Origin: the human T2T-CHM13v2.0 reference genome, Homo sapiens
NCBI RefSeq assembly: GCF_009914755.1
Contig: NC_060928.1
Direction: 5' to 3' (one strand)
DNA length: 64,000 bases
Positions 1 through 13,386 of this stretch are shown in pieces (position 1 is the first letter of the stretch; every line of letters begins with the position of its first letter). The notes below the pieces were generated by a model that did not search any database, was not told the DNA's origin, and was given only the letters and a program-made list of their open reading frames with translations. The translations under genes were made by a program, and so were the position numbers.

Positions 1-909
1 CTTTCTAATGTGATACGGCATTATGTAGAAAAATCTCAGTAGCTACCAGTAATTTGGGAAAAAAACTCTTTAGCCATAAAATTAAGTCTGTTTCACAAAT
101 ACAGTTTTCTGCTTCTTATGTTGCTGAATTTTAAAGGCTCACTTAGAGAACATAGATTTTCTTCTACTCCAGAATAGCAGGAGAGGGATTCTCTAAAAAT
201 CTGGTTTAGTAAATTGCTGTACAGAATAAGAGCTTGACATTGGCAGTGAAAATCTTTGAATTATCAATGGCCTAATGTATATATTAATAATTACTTGTTA
301 CTCAGACGGTGACATGAGTTGAAAGTTATAGTCTCTGGTATTAATAATTCTTATGATAAACATAAATGGCGTTTACTTGTGAAAAGTCAAATTTGAATCT
401 AGTTCAACATAGGATTACTTATCATTTCTAATTTGCATAAAAGTTTTAAAATTTAATTTCACCTGAATTTTATTGTTATAAATTGGTTGTATTATATTTC
501 AAATTACATGTGATCATAGATAGTTCAGCTCAGTAGATACAAATTTACTTAGAATTGTTATTTTCTATGCCAAGGATAAATTGTCTTAGAAAATATTAAG
601 AGATACTGTAGTCTGTAGCAAGTAGTTCATTTGTAATTATATGATATTTTAATGTTACTTCAGTTTAATATTCATCTAAACATACATTCTTTTATTTTTT
701 TATTTTTAAATTCAGCAATAGTCCTATTGCAATATAAACACGCATTCTTAAATCTGACACTAAACAAAAAATAGTCCTTTTTGTGGAATTAATAATAAGA
801 GGAAGGTATTTTTGTTTAAGAGTCATTCAGTTGAAGGTATCCTGTTTAGGAGTCACTAAATTTTAGATTTCTTTTTTTTCAATTAATTTCAGTAATATGC
901 TGGTTATCG

Positions 910-1200
910 AGCGGGTTATTGATGTTAGGAACAGAGATAAATATGCCTGGGCTCAAACACATATTCACACTACAGTGAGCATATTTACTCTGTTATCCCT
1001 ACTATAGGGATATTTAACATATACCTAACTATATTAAAAGGCATACTAAGTGCTTGATGGAGCTACAAAAAATATTGTGAAAGTGTGATAGAGAAAAATA
1101 TAAAGTTTTTCTAAGGATCAGGAAAGGCTTCTTGGAAGAGGTAGAATTTGAGTTTTAACTTTTAGTGGGGATAGGCAAATACGTTAAGCATAGGGAAATT
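910..1200 (-). mobile_element. L2 LINE fragment (ancient)
   Basis: ggatcaggaaaggcttcttggaagaggtagaatttgagtt resembles the antisense L2 3' region; boundaries approximate. Confidence 0.5.
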
Positions 1201-1951
1201 GACCGAAAGTGAAAGCTATGATTCTGATTGGGGGAAAAAATGAATATGTATTTTTTGTTTATAACAAACAGCAATAAAATATTCATATGAAATAATTTTT
1301 ACAAATCTAGTTCTTTATGCTGAAGCAGCATGATTTATTATTTTCCTAATAAAAAGAATTTGCATGTGGTTTTAGAGGGTGGGAGGAGAGAGTTGAGTAC
1401 AATGTGTTTAAAACCCAACAATTTTCAATAATTGCTGCAATTTTCTGCCTGCTTAGTGAATGCCAACTGGAATCAGCATTACCTATGAAGTACAATGGTG
1501 GGTAATGTAGAGTGCCTTGCCCTAATTATCATGGTTTAAGCCTTTAGATAAAAAATGTATTCAAGCAAGTGTGTTTTTACTGTGTGCAGCCTATCAAGTG
1601 GAAAAGAGCATAGTTCTTAACAAGTTACAATACAGGAATTCTTACTAAGACTAAAATAACAAGCATGTTATTTAGTCAAGATAGTATTTTATCTATTTCC
1701 CTTGCTTTCAGAACTCATGCCTCCCCAGTTTTTAAGAAGACGTCCAAGAACTAAAATATTTGCCACTTATTTGACATTTTCCAGATTCCTATTGTATCTA
1801 AAGGTTCATAAATTATTCTTAACTACAGTTACAACTATCTAAAGAGCAAATAAATTTCTTTCATTCATGCTAGATACAGAAGACATGATTGTTGTTCTTG
1901 AACTTGTCGTTCTTGAACTTCAGGCTTTCATAATGCACTGTATTCGATAGC

Positions 1952-2042
1952 TTCACTAATATTAATAATTACAGTTTCACTAATATTAATAAGCCTCAAT
2001 TAATATTAAAATTATAGTTTCACTAATATTAATAAGCCTCAC
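1952..2042. repeat. Short tandem repeat with palindromic TAATATTA core, AB-AB structure, ~43-44 bp period
   Basis: ttcactaatattaataa at 1952, 1976 and 2019, with a variant at 1996. Confidence 0.85.
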
Positions 2043-3130
2043 TTTCCAAGCAGGAAGAAAATATACCTACCCCACTTTAACAAGCATGAGAATAATTATC
2101 AGCTTTTAATGAATATTATTATTTTCAATATTTTAAAAGATCTTATTTCATCAGATTATAATTTATACATATAAATTCATACATATGTATATATGTAGGT
2201 ATATGTAAATATTTAACCTAGGTAATGCAATTGCAAATCTCAGTATCAAAAATGGCATTTGATGGCACAAAACCAAAGGTGTTAAACCAGCATCTCTCTA
2301 GGTCTAATTTTGGGATAATGTAAGCTAATATAGGCTAATTTATATAGAATTTTTTTCCTGAAAAAGAAGTTGACCAGTGTTCCACAGTGCAATAATCAAA
2401 ACTTCATTCAGCATGGGCCAACTAGTTTTGACATACATAGTGACACTTTTCTCTCAGTTGTATGTAATTTCTTGTTATGAAAACTTCCATCTAGTGAAAA
2501 CTATTTATGATTGAAATGCATTGGCTTTCAACTTTCCCACTCGAACATACTATTCTTAGATATTAGGATCTTCTGTGAAGTATGTTATAAGTAATATACT
2601 ATTAGTAGAAGTTAAAATACTTACATATTTTATGGACCAGGTGCTGTTCACTTAAAGCTTTTCCCTAAATTAATGTTCTGTTTACTTTCATTTTACTATC
2701 CTTTCTTGAGTGTGGAGAAATGAGCAACAGAAACCAATAGGATGTAGTGTAATCATCAGGTTGTCCTATTTATGACATAGCTGTTAATTTTTCAAGTGCA
2801 TCAACAATTGCTTAGCAATAGCATTCAGCTATTATAGTGCTGGGCAAAATATTTTAGATGTTCTATTAACATCTCAGTATGCTCATTGTATTAAATAATG
2901 ATCCTTGTGAACATGGTATCATACATATTGCAGGAGGAAAAAAACAAGGGTTTGCTATTCATAAGTGACTTTCAAAAAGATTGAATCCTTCTGGTTTCAA
3001 TACCCTACAGTGAACACAAGAGTTTAGTTTCACAGTGTTTGCTACTCTTGCCCAATTTCAGCTCAAGCCATTTAAATTTTTTAAGTTACATTCTAACTGA
3101 AATGTGAAAAGAGCTGGGTAAAAAGTAATA

Positions 3131-4449
3131 TTGATTTGTGTATGTTGAACCAGCCTTGCATCCAGAGGTTGAAGCCAACTTGATTGTGGTGGAGAAGCTT
3201 TATGATGTTTGGCTAGATTTGGTTTCACAGTATTTTATTGAGGATTTTTTTTAAATCAATGTTCATCAGGGGTATTGGCCTGAAGTTTTCTTTTTTGTTG
3301 TTGTATCTCTGCCAGGTTTGGGTATCAGGAAGATGCTGGCCTCATAAAAAGAGTTAGGGAGTAGTCTCTCCTTTTCGATTGTTTGGAATAGGTTGAGAAG
3401 AAATGGTACCAGCTCTTCTTTTTACCACGGGTAGAGTTCAGCTGTAAATCCATCTGGTCCTGAGCTTTTTTTGTTGGGCAGGCTATTTATTACTACTTCC
3501 ATTTCAGAACTTGTTATTGGTCTATTCAGGAATTCAGCTTCTTCCTGGTTCAGTTTTGGGAGAGTGTATGTCTTCAGGAATTCACCCATTTCTTCTAGAT
3601 TTTCTAGTTTATTTGCATAGAGGTATTTATACTATTCTCTGCTGTTAGTATTTCTGTGCAGTCAGTGGTGATATCTCCTTTAACATTTTGTACTGTGTCT
3701 ATTGATTCTTCTCTCTTTTCTTTATTAGTCTAGCTAGCAGTCTATTTTATTAACTTTTTCAAAAAACCAGCTCCTGGATTCATTGAGTTTTTTTAAAAAA
3801 CTTTGGTTTTTCATGTCTCTATCTCCTTCAGTTCTACTCTGATCTTGATTATTTCTTGTCTTTTGCTAGCTTTGGGATTTGTTTGCTCTTGGTTCTCTAG
3901 TTCTTTTAGTTGTGATATTAGGATGTTAATTTGAGATCTTTCTAGCTTTTTGACGTGGGCATTTAGTGCTATAAATTTCCCTCTTAGTACTGTTTTAGCT
4001 GTGTCCCAGAGATTCTGGGTTTCCTTGTTCTCATTGGTTTCAAAGAACTTCTTGATTTCTGTCTTAATTTTATTATTTTCCCAGGAGTCATTCAGGAGCA
4101 GGTTGTTCAATTTCCATGTAGTTTTGTGATTTTGAGTGAGTTTGTTCATCTTGAGATCTAATTTGATTGTGCTGTGGACTGAGAGACTTTTATGATTTAA
4201 GTTCTTTTGCATTTGCTGAAGACTGTTTTACTTCCAATTATGTGATTGATTTTAGAGTAAGTATCATGTGGAGCCGAGAAGAATGTATACTCTGTTGTTT
4301 TTGCATAGAGACTTCTCTACATAGCTAGCAGGTCACTTGATCCAGTGCTGAGTTTAGGTCCTGAATATTTTTGTTAATTTTCTGTCTTGACTATCTGTCT
4401 CATATTGACAGTGGGGTGTTTAAGTCTCCCACTATTATTGTGTGGAAGT
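3131..4449 (-). mobile_element. L1PA (about PA8-PA13) ORF2 5' portion; inverted arm of a 5'-inverted insertion
   Basis: ORF 3811-4212(-) is L1 ORF2-like ([29 protein letters not shown]); arm runs from the endonuclease IIVGD region to the GWFNI region. Confidence 0.92.
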
Positions 4450-5425
4450 AGCAAAATAAACCATCATCAAAGTGAACAGAAACCTAGAGAATGGGAGAAA
4501 AGTTTTGCAATGTATCCATCTGACAAAGGTCTAATATCCAGAATCTACAAGAAACTTAAATAAATTGACAAGAAAAAAACAACCCCATTAAAAAGTAGGC
4601 CAAATACATGAACACACACTTCTCAAAAGAAGACATTTATGTGGCCAACAAACATACAAAAAAAAAGCTCAACATCACTGATCATTAGAGAAAAGCCAAT
4701 CAAAACCACAATGAGATACCATCTCACATGAGTCAGAATGGTGATCATTAAAAAGTCAAGAAACAACACATGCTGGTGAAGCTGTGAAGAAATAGGAACA
4801 CTTTTACATTGGTGGTGGTTATATAAATTAGTTCAACCACTATGGAAGGCATTGTGGTGATTCCTCAAAGACCTAGAACCAGAAATGTCATTTGACCCAG
4901 CAATCTCATTACTGGGTATATACCCAAAGGAATATATTACTCTAAAGATACACGCACACATATGTTCATTGCAGCACTATTCACAACAGCAAAGATAAGG
5001 AATCAGCCCAAATTCCCATCAATGGAAGACTGAATAAAGAAAATATGGTACATATACACCATGGAATTCTATGCAGCCATAAAAAGGAATGAGATTATAT
5101 CCTATGCAAGGACATGGATGGAGCTGGAAGCCGTTATTCTCAGCAAACTAACACAGGAACAGAAACTCAAACAGCACATTTTCTCACTTATATGTGGGAT
5201 CTGATCAATAAGAACACATGGACACAGGGAGGGGAACAACACACACTGGGACCTGTCATGTTGTCTGGGCGGCAAGGTAGGGAGAACATTAGGGAAAAGA
5301 GCTAATGCATGCTGCGATTAAGTACCTAGGTGATGGGTCAATAGGTGCAGCAAACCACCATGGCACATATTTACCTGCGTAACAAATCTGCACATCCTGT
5401 ACATGTATTCCAGAACTTAAAAAAG
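4450..5425 (+). mobile_element. L1PA (about PA8-PA13) ORF2 3' end and 3'UTR; forward arm
   Basis: 3'UTR ending acctaggtgatggg...gcagcaaaccaccatggcac...cagaacttaaaaaa; candidate TSD aaaagtaatat (3121) / aaaagaaatat (5421). Confidence 0.92.
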
Positions 5426-6319
5426 AAATATGGTGCTTTTTAATGTGCTACCTTTTTTAAAGGAGAAATATTATTTGACTTGTTTGTCTTTTATACTTTA
5501 GTCTCATTTTCCGTTATATGGTACAGAAATGATAGGTGGTCCCTTCATTTTAAGGGAGTGATACAGAATGTTCCTCATGCCACTGAGTGATTAAAGCTCC
5601 AAAAGCATAATTGCCTTCATGAGAGCCTAATCTCTAGGTGAATCAGTTATGGCCCATTGTAAAAGATGCTTTTTTCCTCTCTGATAAAAGAACACAAAAG
5701 GAAGCCATCTGTGTTTTGATTTTCCCAGTACATTTATTACTCGGTCAGCTTTGGTCACCCTTATTAAGTGTAGTGATTTGCTAGCCGTTGACACAATCTT
5801 CTTTTTACATTGTGGGTGCTGCACCCTCTTCTATATCTAAAATTGTATCAATATGAAAATACAAATGTGTTCCCTCCTTGGAAATTATTGAATAATAATA
5901 ATAGAGTTACATAAGTCTGTCCAGATCTTCACTGAATTATGTCAAAACAATGTCTGTGGTATTTTTTTCAAAGCACAACTTATGAAATATTTCATAAAAA
6001 GCAAACCAAACTGTTTCCAAAAAACTCACTATTTCCCAAGCCCTATTCTATAATAAATATATTGTAAAGGCATTCAGATGAAGAGGAAATGCTTTTCTCG
6101 AAAGCGTCCTTCAGCAAATGGGAAAAAGAAATATTTCTTTTTTTGTGTGTATATATGATCTTTTCTAGCATATTCACAGTATTCTAGATACAATTGGTAT
6201 TTCTATTATTCCCTCTGTCTCCTCAATTTAAAATAATTATCTAGAAAGCAGTATTCTCTTTTCATAAAATTGTCATTTATTTCAAACTCATTCTGAGTTG
6301 TTGGTAAGTTCAGATCTTT

Positions 6320-6420
6320 TCAAGAAATATTTATTAAATGCCTTTATTTTTGTACCAGGTATTACTTTCAAGGTATTCAGGATGCATTACAAAGATGTGA
6401 TCTCTGTCCTTACTATCTAA
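6320..6420 (-). mobile_element. L2 3' end fragment
   Basis: caagaaatatttattaaatgcct...gtaccaggt matches the antisense L2 tail. Confidence 0.5.
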
Positions 6421-7634
6421 AAAGCATTTAATTAAATATTTAAAAGTTATTATTCTGAACATCTTGCAAATCAAGCTCTCGAAATATTTGACTTATTTGC
6501 TGTAGTTTTGTAATTTTCAAATAGGAGTGAAGGAGCTTTTAAAAATTGATAATTGACTAATTTTTAAAGTAGAGATTTAGCAGAAATAAAACTATCCTTG
6601 TGTTTAAATCCCATTTCAAGCAATTTAGCAATGACTCAACCGTCCCAAGCAAAGGCTAAATATTTCTCCTTGACAGTTAAGGATTTTTAACTGGAATATC
6701 CAAATTTACAAAGAAAAATAGTGCCAAATAGCACAGTTCTGAACACTGAGCAGATGCTCCATAAATAATTGTTGAAGCTGACTGCAAATAATTCCCTCTT
6801 AAGTTTATAAGAAGACTTTTCCCCAATATGGTCCCAACAACTGTGTTTTACCTCTTCTATCATCTGCCTTACTTGGCTACAACCATTACTATCATACAAG
6901 CATATACTTAAAATTAGGGGGTTTTCAAAGACTGAAGACACTCCCAATAAAAGCCCAAATGTAAGACTGAGGCATGAATTATTTACATCTTCCAATTAGT
7001 ATATTTATAACACATCCTTAGATGTGTCTATATTAACTATGATTTATGAAATAAATTTCATATCATTAGATTTGTTCTTTTGTAAAAGTAAATACATTTA
7101 ACATGATTTCATATGGTTAAAAAAAGACATACCAATATAGTCAATAAATGAAGTGAATTTATATTCCATTTTAGCTCAATTTTATTAAATTAGATACTTT
7201 GCATTTAACAAAATTAGTATGACTAATATTTTCATCAAATTTGTTTCTACTTTTTTTGCTAAATTATTTCCATAAATTTCTTATAAAAAATCTCACTCAT
7301 GAAATGTGTAGGATTTCATTGTAACACCATTAAAAATTTTCAAAAAAAGAATACTGTGAAGAAAATTTCAAATAAGAATTCTCAGTTATTTGTAAATGTC
7401 AATGTCATTGGAATATGTGCTGAGTGTCCTGAAGTCATAAATGAAGGTAGGCTGTGTGGGGTCCTGTGCGTGTGTATTGAGTTTTATTTACCTTGAGTTT
7501 TATTGTTTATGGATAAATAAAAGAAAGCTTTAAAAAAAAACCCTTTGATTTCCAACCTGAAATTTGGATGATGGGAAATACTAATATTATTTTTTAAAAG
7601 TAAACCATTTAAACAACTCTTTCTTTATGAAATG

Positions 7635-7850
7635 GTAACTAATGTTTATCGTGTGTCAGTTATGTCAATGATCCTATTGTAGTGTTTGTTTTACAAATAC
7701 TTTTAATAATTACAACAGGTAATTTTATCTCCATTTTACCACTCTGGTCTCAAAGTTGTATGTGTCCTCACATATTGTATGAGCAGCTAAAAGTAGTAAC
7801 TGATGGAGCCATGACTGAAACTTGGGTCTTTTTGTATCTATGACCCTTTT
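7635..7850 (-). mobile_element. MIR SINE
   Basis: aggtaattttatctccattttac core and ggagccatgactgaaacttgggtct. Confidence 0.55.
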
Positions 7851-9069
7851 GTTTTTTGAGGTATCCCGTGTAGTCTCTTGAAATGTAAATATATTAACAA
7901 TCAACAAACATATACTTTTAATAGATCCTGGAGTCTCATCATGTGATTATATGAGCAAGTTTTTCTGAGAAGAGTAGAGTAGTGAGGACGTGAAGCAATA
8001 GGATAAGCAATACATCCTAGAATAGTCTTGTATCTATATATGATGACAATTTGTCAGCATAGCTGGAAGAAATAGAGGGCCAACAGTTAATTATATTTTG
8101 AAATTTTAACTAAAATTCTTGTTTGTCCAAAGCCAAGTTTCTTGTTGGTCCGAGTATGTAGACTTATGCTAACTTGCCTATCTTTTGTATTTAGTTTCCT
8201 TTCAAGAAAGATAATTATAAGAATAACATACCACTGAGATCATTTCCACACACATACCATCTGGGAAAATTTGTATATCAGCCTGTTTATTGCAAATGAT
8301 ATACCATATGTAAAAAAAACTGCTTTGAAATATACTGGGTGATTTAGCATTCACTTGGTAAAACATGATTACAGTTCATATATCATACATATATAATTCC
8401 GACTTCTATTTCTGTCAGTTTTAATCAACGATGATTTCTTCTTACTGATTGGAATTGTGTCATCTAAAACTAAAAAAGAAATTCACATTCAAAAATTCCT
8501 TTTTTCCTACATGAACTAGAATAAATATTTTAAATGTTCAGTAAAGAAGTAGGTTTTAAAATTTCTAAACTGTTTGCTAAAATTAGTCATACTTTCCAGT
8601 TTTAAATGAGGTCTGAGTTCATGTTATTTTGCCATTACATTTGAAAATATTTTTCTTAGAGTCCATCCTATTTTTCCTACAAGGAAGCACTCTCCTATTT
8701 TTCTCCCTGTTTTGCTGGAATCATTTTAAACCCCACCCCTTTAGGAAATCTCTACCCAACTTAATTAATTCCCTTTTTTACTTTTCTAATTTCTCTAGTG
8801 CTTTGCTTGAACTATACTATCAAATTATTAGAAACTATTTCTTAGTATCCTGAATAGAGAAGTAAAACATTGAAATAACTTCACCTAATTAAAATAGCTT
8901 CTTAAAGGAAGATCTTTAGGATCAAGTGGGCTAGAAGGGAACTTTGTGGGCTAAGATGTGTATTGTTAGCCTTTTGAGGACTTACTTAGTGTTCAGACTT
9001 CTTAAAATGCTGTCTATCCAGGAGATGGTCTTTAAACCAGAAAAAGATAAAAAGGTACATTGAAAGCGG

Positions 9070-9210
9070 GGAGACCAATGAGAAATTACTTAATGGGTAC
9101 AATGTATATTATTTGGGTGATGGGAACCCTAAAACCCAGATTTCACCACTAAGCAATGTATGCATGTAACAATTGTACTTATACCCCTTAAATTTATACA
9201 AAATTTATAA
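9070..9210 (+). mobile_element. L1MA/L1PB 3'UTR end fragment
   Basis: gagaaattacttaatgggtacaatgtatattatttgggtgatgg...cacca...catgtaacaa. Confidence 0.8.
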
Positions 9211-9791
9211 AAGTCAAGGTAAATAGTTGTAGAGAGAAAAAAATTTAATAACTGGAGAACAAACCATTCTCCAGAGTGTTTTATTTAGATTATATAAAAG
9301 CATACAATATTTTTTGTTTTCATTTTTCAGTAATTCAAGAAAAGGCTATAAACTATGTTATGGAATTGGGCAATAGGGAGAGGACAGTACTTGAGGCAGA
9401 TAAAATGATTGCAGAGAGGTCTGTTTGAAGTTTTGTGTTTTTTTTCTTCATGTATTTCATGCAATTATAGAATAGTCTTACGATATAATCTGTGATTCCA
9501 GTGATGACAGTTTTGTAATGAATTATAATAAATGATATATTGAATTGTAATGAAACACTTAAAACAAGATTATGGCATTATTTAGATTACATATAATCTT
9601 AGCTATAATATTTTTGTGTTTATGACTCACAATCTTGAATTACTACAGATTACTATTTTTGATTTAAGGAAAAAGAGCAGAGATATAATTATTCTGAAGG
9701 AGATAGTATTCTCTAATAGAACCATAAAGATCTATTGTGGTATTAGGATAGTCCCTGGGTTATTGTAAAGAGATTCCAAAGTATACTGAGT

Positions 9792-10015
9792 TAATAAGTT
9801 CTGATGTAGCACTTTAGGATGACTTTAATTAACAATATTATATAGTTTCAAATAGCTAGAAGGCAGCTATTTAATGTTCCAAACACAAAGAAATGATAAA
9901 TGTTTAACATGATAGATATGATAATTATATACTATATATATCACGACATCGCTACGTGCCTGATAATTATGTATAATTATGGTGAATTTTAAAAATTTAA
10001 ACATTTAAATTTTTA
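9792..10015 (+). mobile_element. L1MA 3'UTR end fragment
   Basis: aataagttct...ttcaaatagctagaag...aacacaaagaaatgataaatgttt. Confidence 0.75.
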
Positions 10016-10019
10016 AAAA

Positions 10020-10340
10020 ATGGCATCTCAGGCTTTTTGAGCAACTCTGCTCCGCCAGATCATTCAAGGGCTTAAGAGTCCTCCATTGCATTGCTCCTAT
10101 CTATACCTGGGCCATTGACACCTTCATGTGCAGAAGTGCGCACAAAAACGGACCTCCAAAAAAGGTATTTTTTAAAGCAAATAATGTAAGACGTGTAGGT
10201 GTGACTTTCACTCATGTTCCATTGTCAAGGTCTTGAGCATATGGTACACCTTCAAGGGAAGATGTAAAACACTTAGCCTATAATTAGGTGATTATGGGAA
10301 AAGGTGGCAAAAGTTATGGAAACAACTAGCATTCTACTAA
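10020..10340 (-). mobile_element. Old MaLR LTR (MLT1J-like) fragment
   Basis: actttcactcatgttccattgtcaagg...catatggtacacc resembles the antisense MLT1J/K motif. Confidence 0.45.
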
Positions 10341-10372
10341 AAGAGAGATTGTTCATTTGCCTTCTCTCTTTA

Positions 10373-10753
<381 letters not shown>

Positions 10754-11579
10754 TTATTTGATTTTTTTTAATTGCACATAATCCATTATAACTACAACAG
10801 ATAACCAGAAAAGAAAATGGTTTCTTGGAATCTACAGCCTCTACTTAGCTTTGGAATCAAAAATGAGTTGTTTTATATCAATTGGGCAAAAATAAAGTTT
10901 TTATACAATGTATTTTTAATTACTAATATTCTTTTAGCTTGAAGGTAACCTAAAAATCAATGTTAAGGGAGATCCTATAACATTGTGTTGGATTATAAAA
11001 TAATAGTTTATAATAAGTTATAGAGTTATACTGGAGAAACTAACAGGTAAATTAAATCATTCTAGAGCATTAATATGTATATATTACATCACTGTAAAAT
11101 CATAAAGTCCGGTATATAGTTGTAGTGTTGATTTCTCACTTTCAACATGTACATTGGTTTAATAGCAAACATTTTGGATGTTTAATCCAATAAAATCTGT
11201 AACCATAGAATCTCTACATGATCCCTGAAGGATAATGGTAGACAACAACAATAGATGGACTAAGTGTACTGTCCTCATTCATGAAATACAATATGATATA
11301 GTAAGATATAATAAGCAGTTGGAAATATTAAAAACTAAGTGATTAAACTTAAGTTTACAAGGAAGAAATGGCACTTAACCATGTCAGAATTATTCCCCCC
11401 CCCTGTTACCTTCTCAGCTCCTTCAAGGATCCTCCCAGGAACATAATCCCACCAGTTAAGCCTCATTCGGGATATTAATTCTTCCATTTTTTTTTTGTAT
11501 TCCTCTCCCTCTGACTTGTAATATGAGTAAGTTCCCTATTTTCTTGAAGTGGGAGACTTTCACTGGATTTAAGCACCAT

Positions 11580-12630
11580 TGTGTCAAGGACTTTGACTGC
11601 CTTGTTCACCACTATGTCCAAGCACTTGGAACCCAGTTGACTACTGCTCAATAAATATTGAATTGGTGAGGTAATTTTATCAATGTCTTTCTCTTTTTAA
11701 AGAAGCATCCTCAAGTGTATGTTCTATACCTTCTGCTTCCATTTGTTCACCCCCACCAATTCACTTTTGAAGGCCAATCTGATGTTCCTGCTCACCACTC
11801 AAACGGAAATGTGTTCTTGGTCATCACCAGCCCTCATGAGTTACAAAAGTCTTTTCTCAGCTCTCATTTTTTTCAAACAATTTTGCTGCATTTGATACTG
11901 ATTTTTCATTTTTTAGATTTTTTACCTCCATGCTTCAACTACCATTCCTAATAGGTCAGTTTCTGATCTTTTGTTATTTTCTGTACTGTAAATAAGTCTT
12001 TTTTATGCAGTTGTCTGTCAAATCTTAATTTCTTATTCTAGTACAAGTTCATAAAGAATTGTTCATTTATATATATTTATTTAAAATGCTCTTTGTCTCT
12101 ACCATGCAAATTTCTGCTTCATTAAGATTCAGATCAAACGATGAAAACATCGGTTTTCTCATGAAGCCCTTGCCTCACAGCTCTGTTCATTTTCAAATGT
12201 ATTGCTCTTTTATCTTCAGCTCAAAACACATTCAGTTGTTTCATCTTTTTCCTACCATATTAACTATCTAAATATCAAATATATTATCCCACATGGTTGT
12301 AATTTACAATCTACTTTCTATTTACAATCTACTTTCTTAATACTCACCTTCCTTGAGTAAAGCAAGAAGTGCCTTCCTGAATTCTGGTTCTTCAGAATCT
12401 GATTAGTTGTCTAGCACTGAGTAGGTACTCAATATTTATTGAACAGAATTTTGATTGGATGCTCAATTGTCACTTGTCACCTCAAATCCAACATGTATGC
12501 AAAATGGGAATTAATATTTATATCACACTATTTAATATCTCCCTATCTTTGTATCATTATCATCCTAGTGACCTAGAATCAAATAAACGGCATCATCTTT
12601 TATCCATTTCCTTTTGTTAATGTTTATCCT
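11580..12630 (+). mobile_element. L2 fragments (several, degraded)
   Basis: L2 tails cttgttcacc...ctcaataaatattgaa (11600-11662) and gtaggtactcaatatttattgaa (12421); body motifs gctgcatttgatactga and cacctcaaatccaacatgt. Confidence 0.55.
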
Positions 12631-12637
12631 TTTCAAA

Positions 12638-12985
12638 TGAAATAATGGCATTCGCAGCACCCTGAATGGAATTGGAGATCATTATTCTAAGTGAAGTAAC
12701 TCAGGAATGAAAAACCAAACACTGTATGTTCTCACTCATAAGTGGGAGTTGAGCCATGAGGAAGCAAAAGCATAGGAATGATACAATGGACTCTGTGGAT
12801 TCAGCGGAAAGGGTGGGAGGGAGGGTAAGGGATAAAAGACTATACATTGTGTACACAGTGTATACTGCTCAAGTGATTGATGCACCAAAATCTCAGAAAT
12901 CACCATGAAGAACTTGTCCGTGTAATAAAATACCACCTGTTTCCCAAAAGCCTATTGAAATAAAACAATTTAAATAAATAAAAAT
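12638..12985 (+). mobile_element. L1PB 3' end (5'-truncated)
   Basis: attattctaagtgaagtaactcaggaatgaaaaaccaaac...gcaccaaaatctcagaaatcacca...ctattgaaataaaa. Confidence 0.9.
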
Positions 12986-13239
12986 ATGTATTATTTTCTA
13001 GTCATTCACACAAGTTGCATCCTAGTTTCAGGATTTATCATCTCAAGCTTTGACTACTGAAAAGTATCTAAGAGTGTCTCTTCCCTCTAAACCTTCCTCT
13101 TCCAAAGTGGGCTACAAAATGTTGTTAGAGCAATTTTTCTAAATCACACCTGTAATCCTGTCACCACATACTCAAAAAGTAAAATCCTGCTGCTTTCAAG
13201 ATAAATATAATTTCCTTAGTATGGCATTTAACACACTCA

Positions 13240-13386
13240 ACCACGCCTGGCTAATTTTTTGTATTTTTAGTAGAGATGGGATTTCACCATGTTAGCCAGG
13301 ATGGTCTTGATCTCCTGACCTTGTGATCTTCCCGCCTTGGCCTCCCAAAGTGCTGGGATTACAGGCGTGAGCCACCGCACCCAGCC
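13240..13386 (-). mobile_element. Alu (Y/Sc-type), left arm and linker only
   Basis: gttagccaggatggtcttgatctcctgacc...gagccaccgcacccagcc; right arm and tail missing. Confidence 0.92.

Noticed and set aside
6687-6995. 102-aa minus-strand ORF in apparently unique DNA
   Set aside because: Non-ATG start, no recognisable domain or splice support
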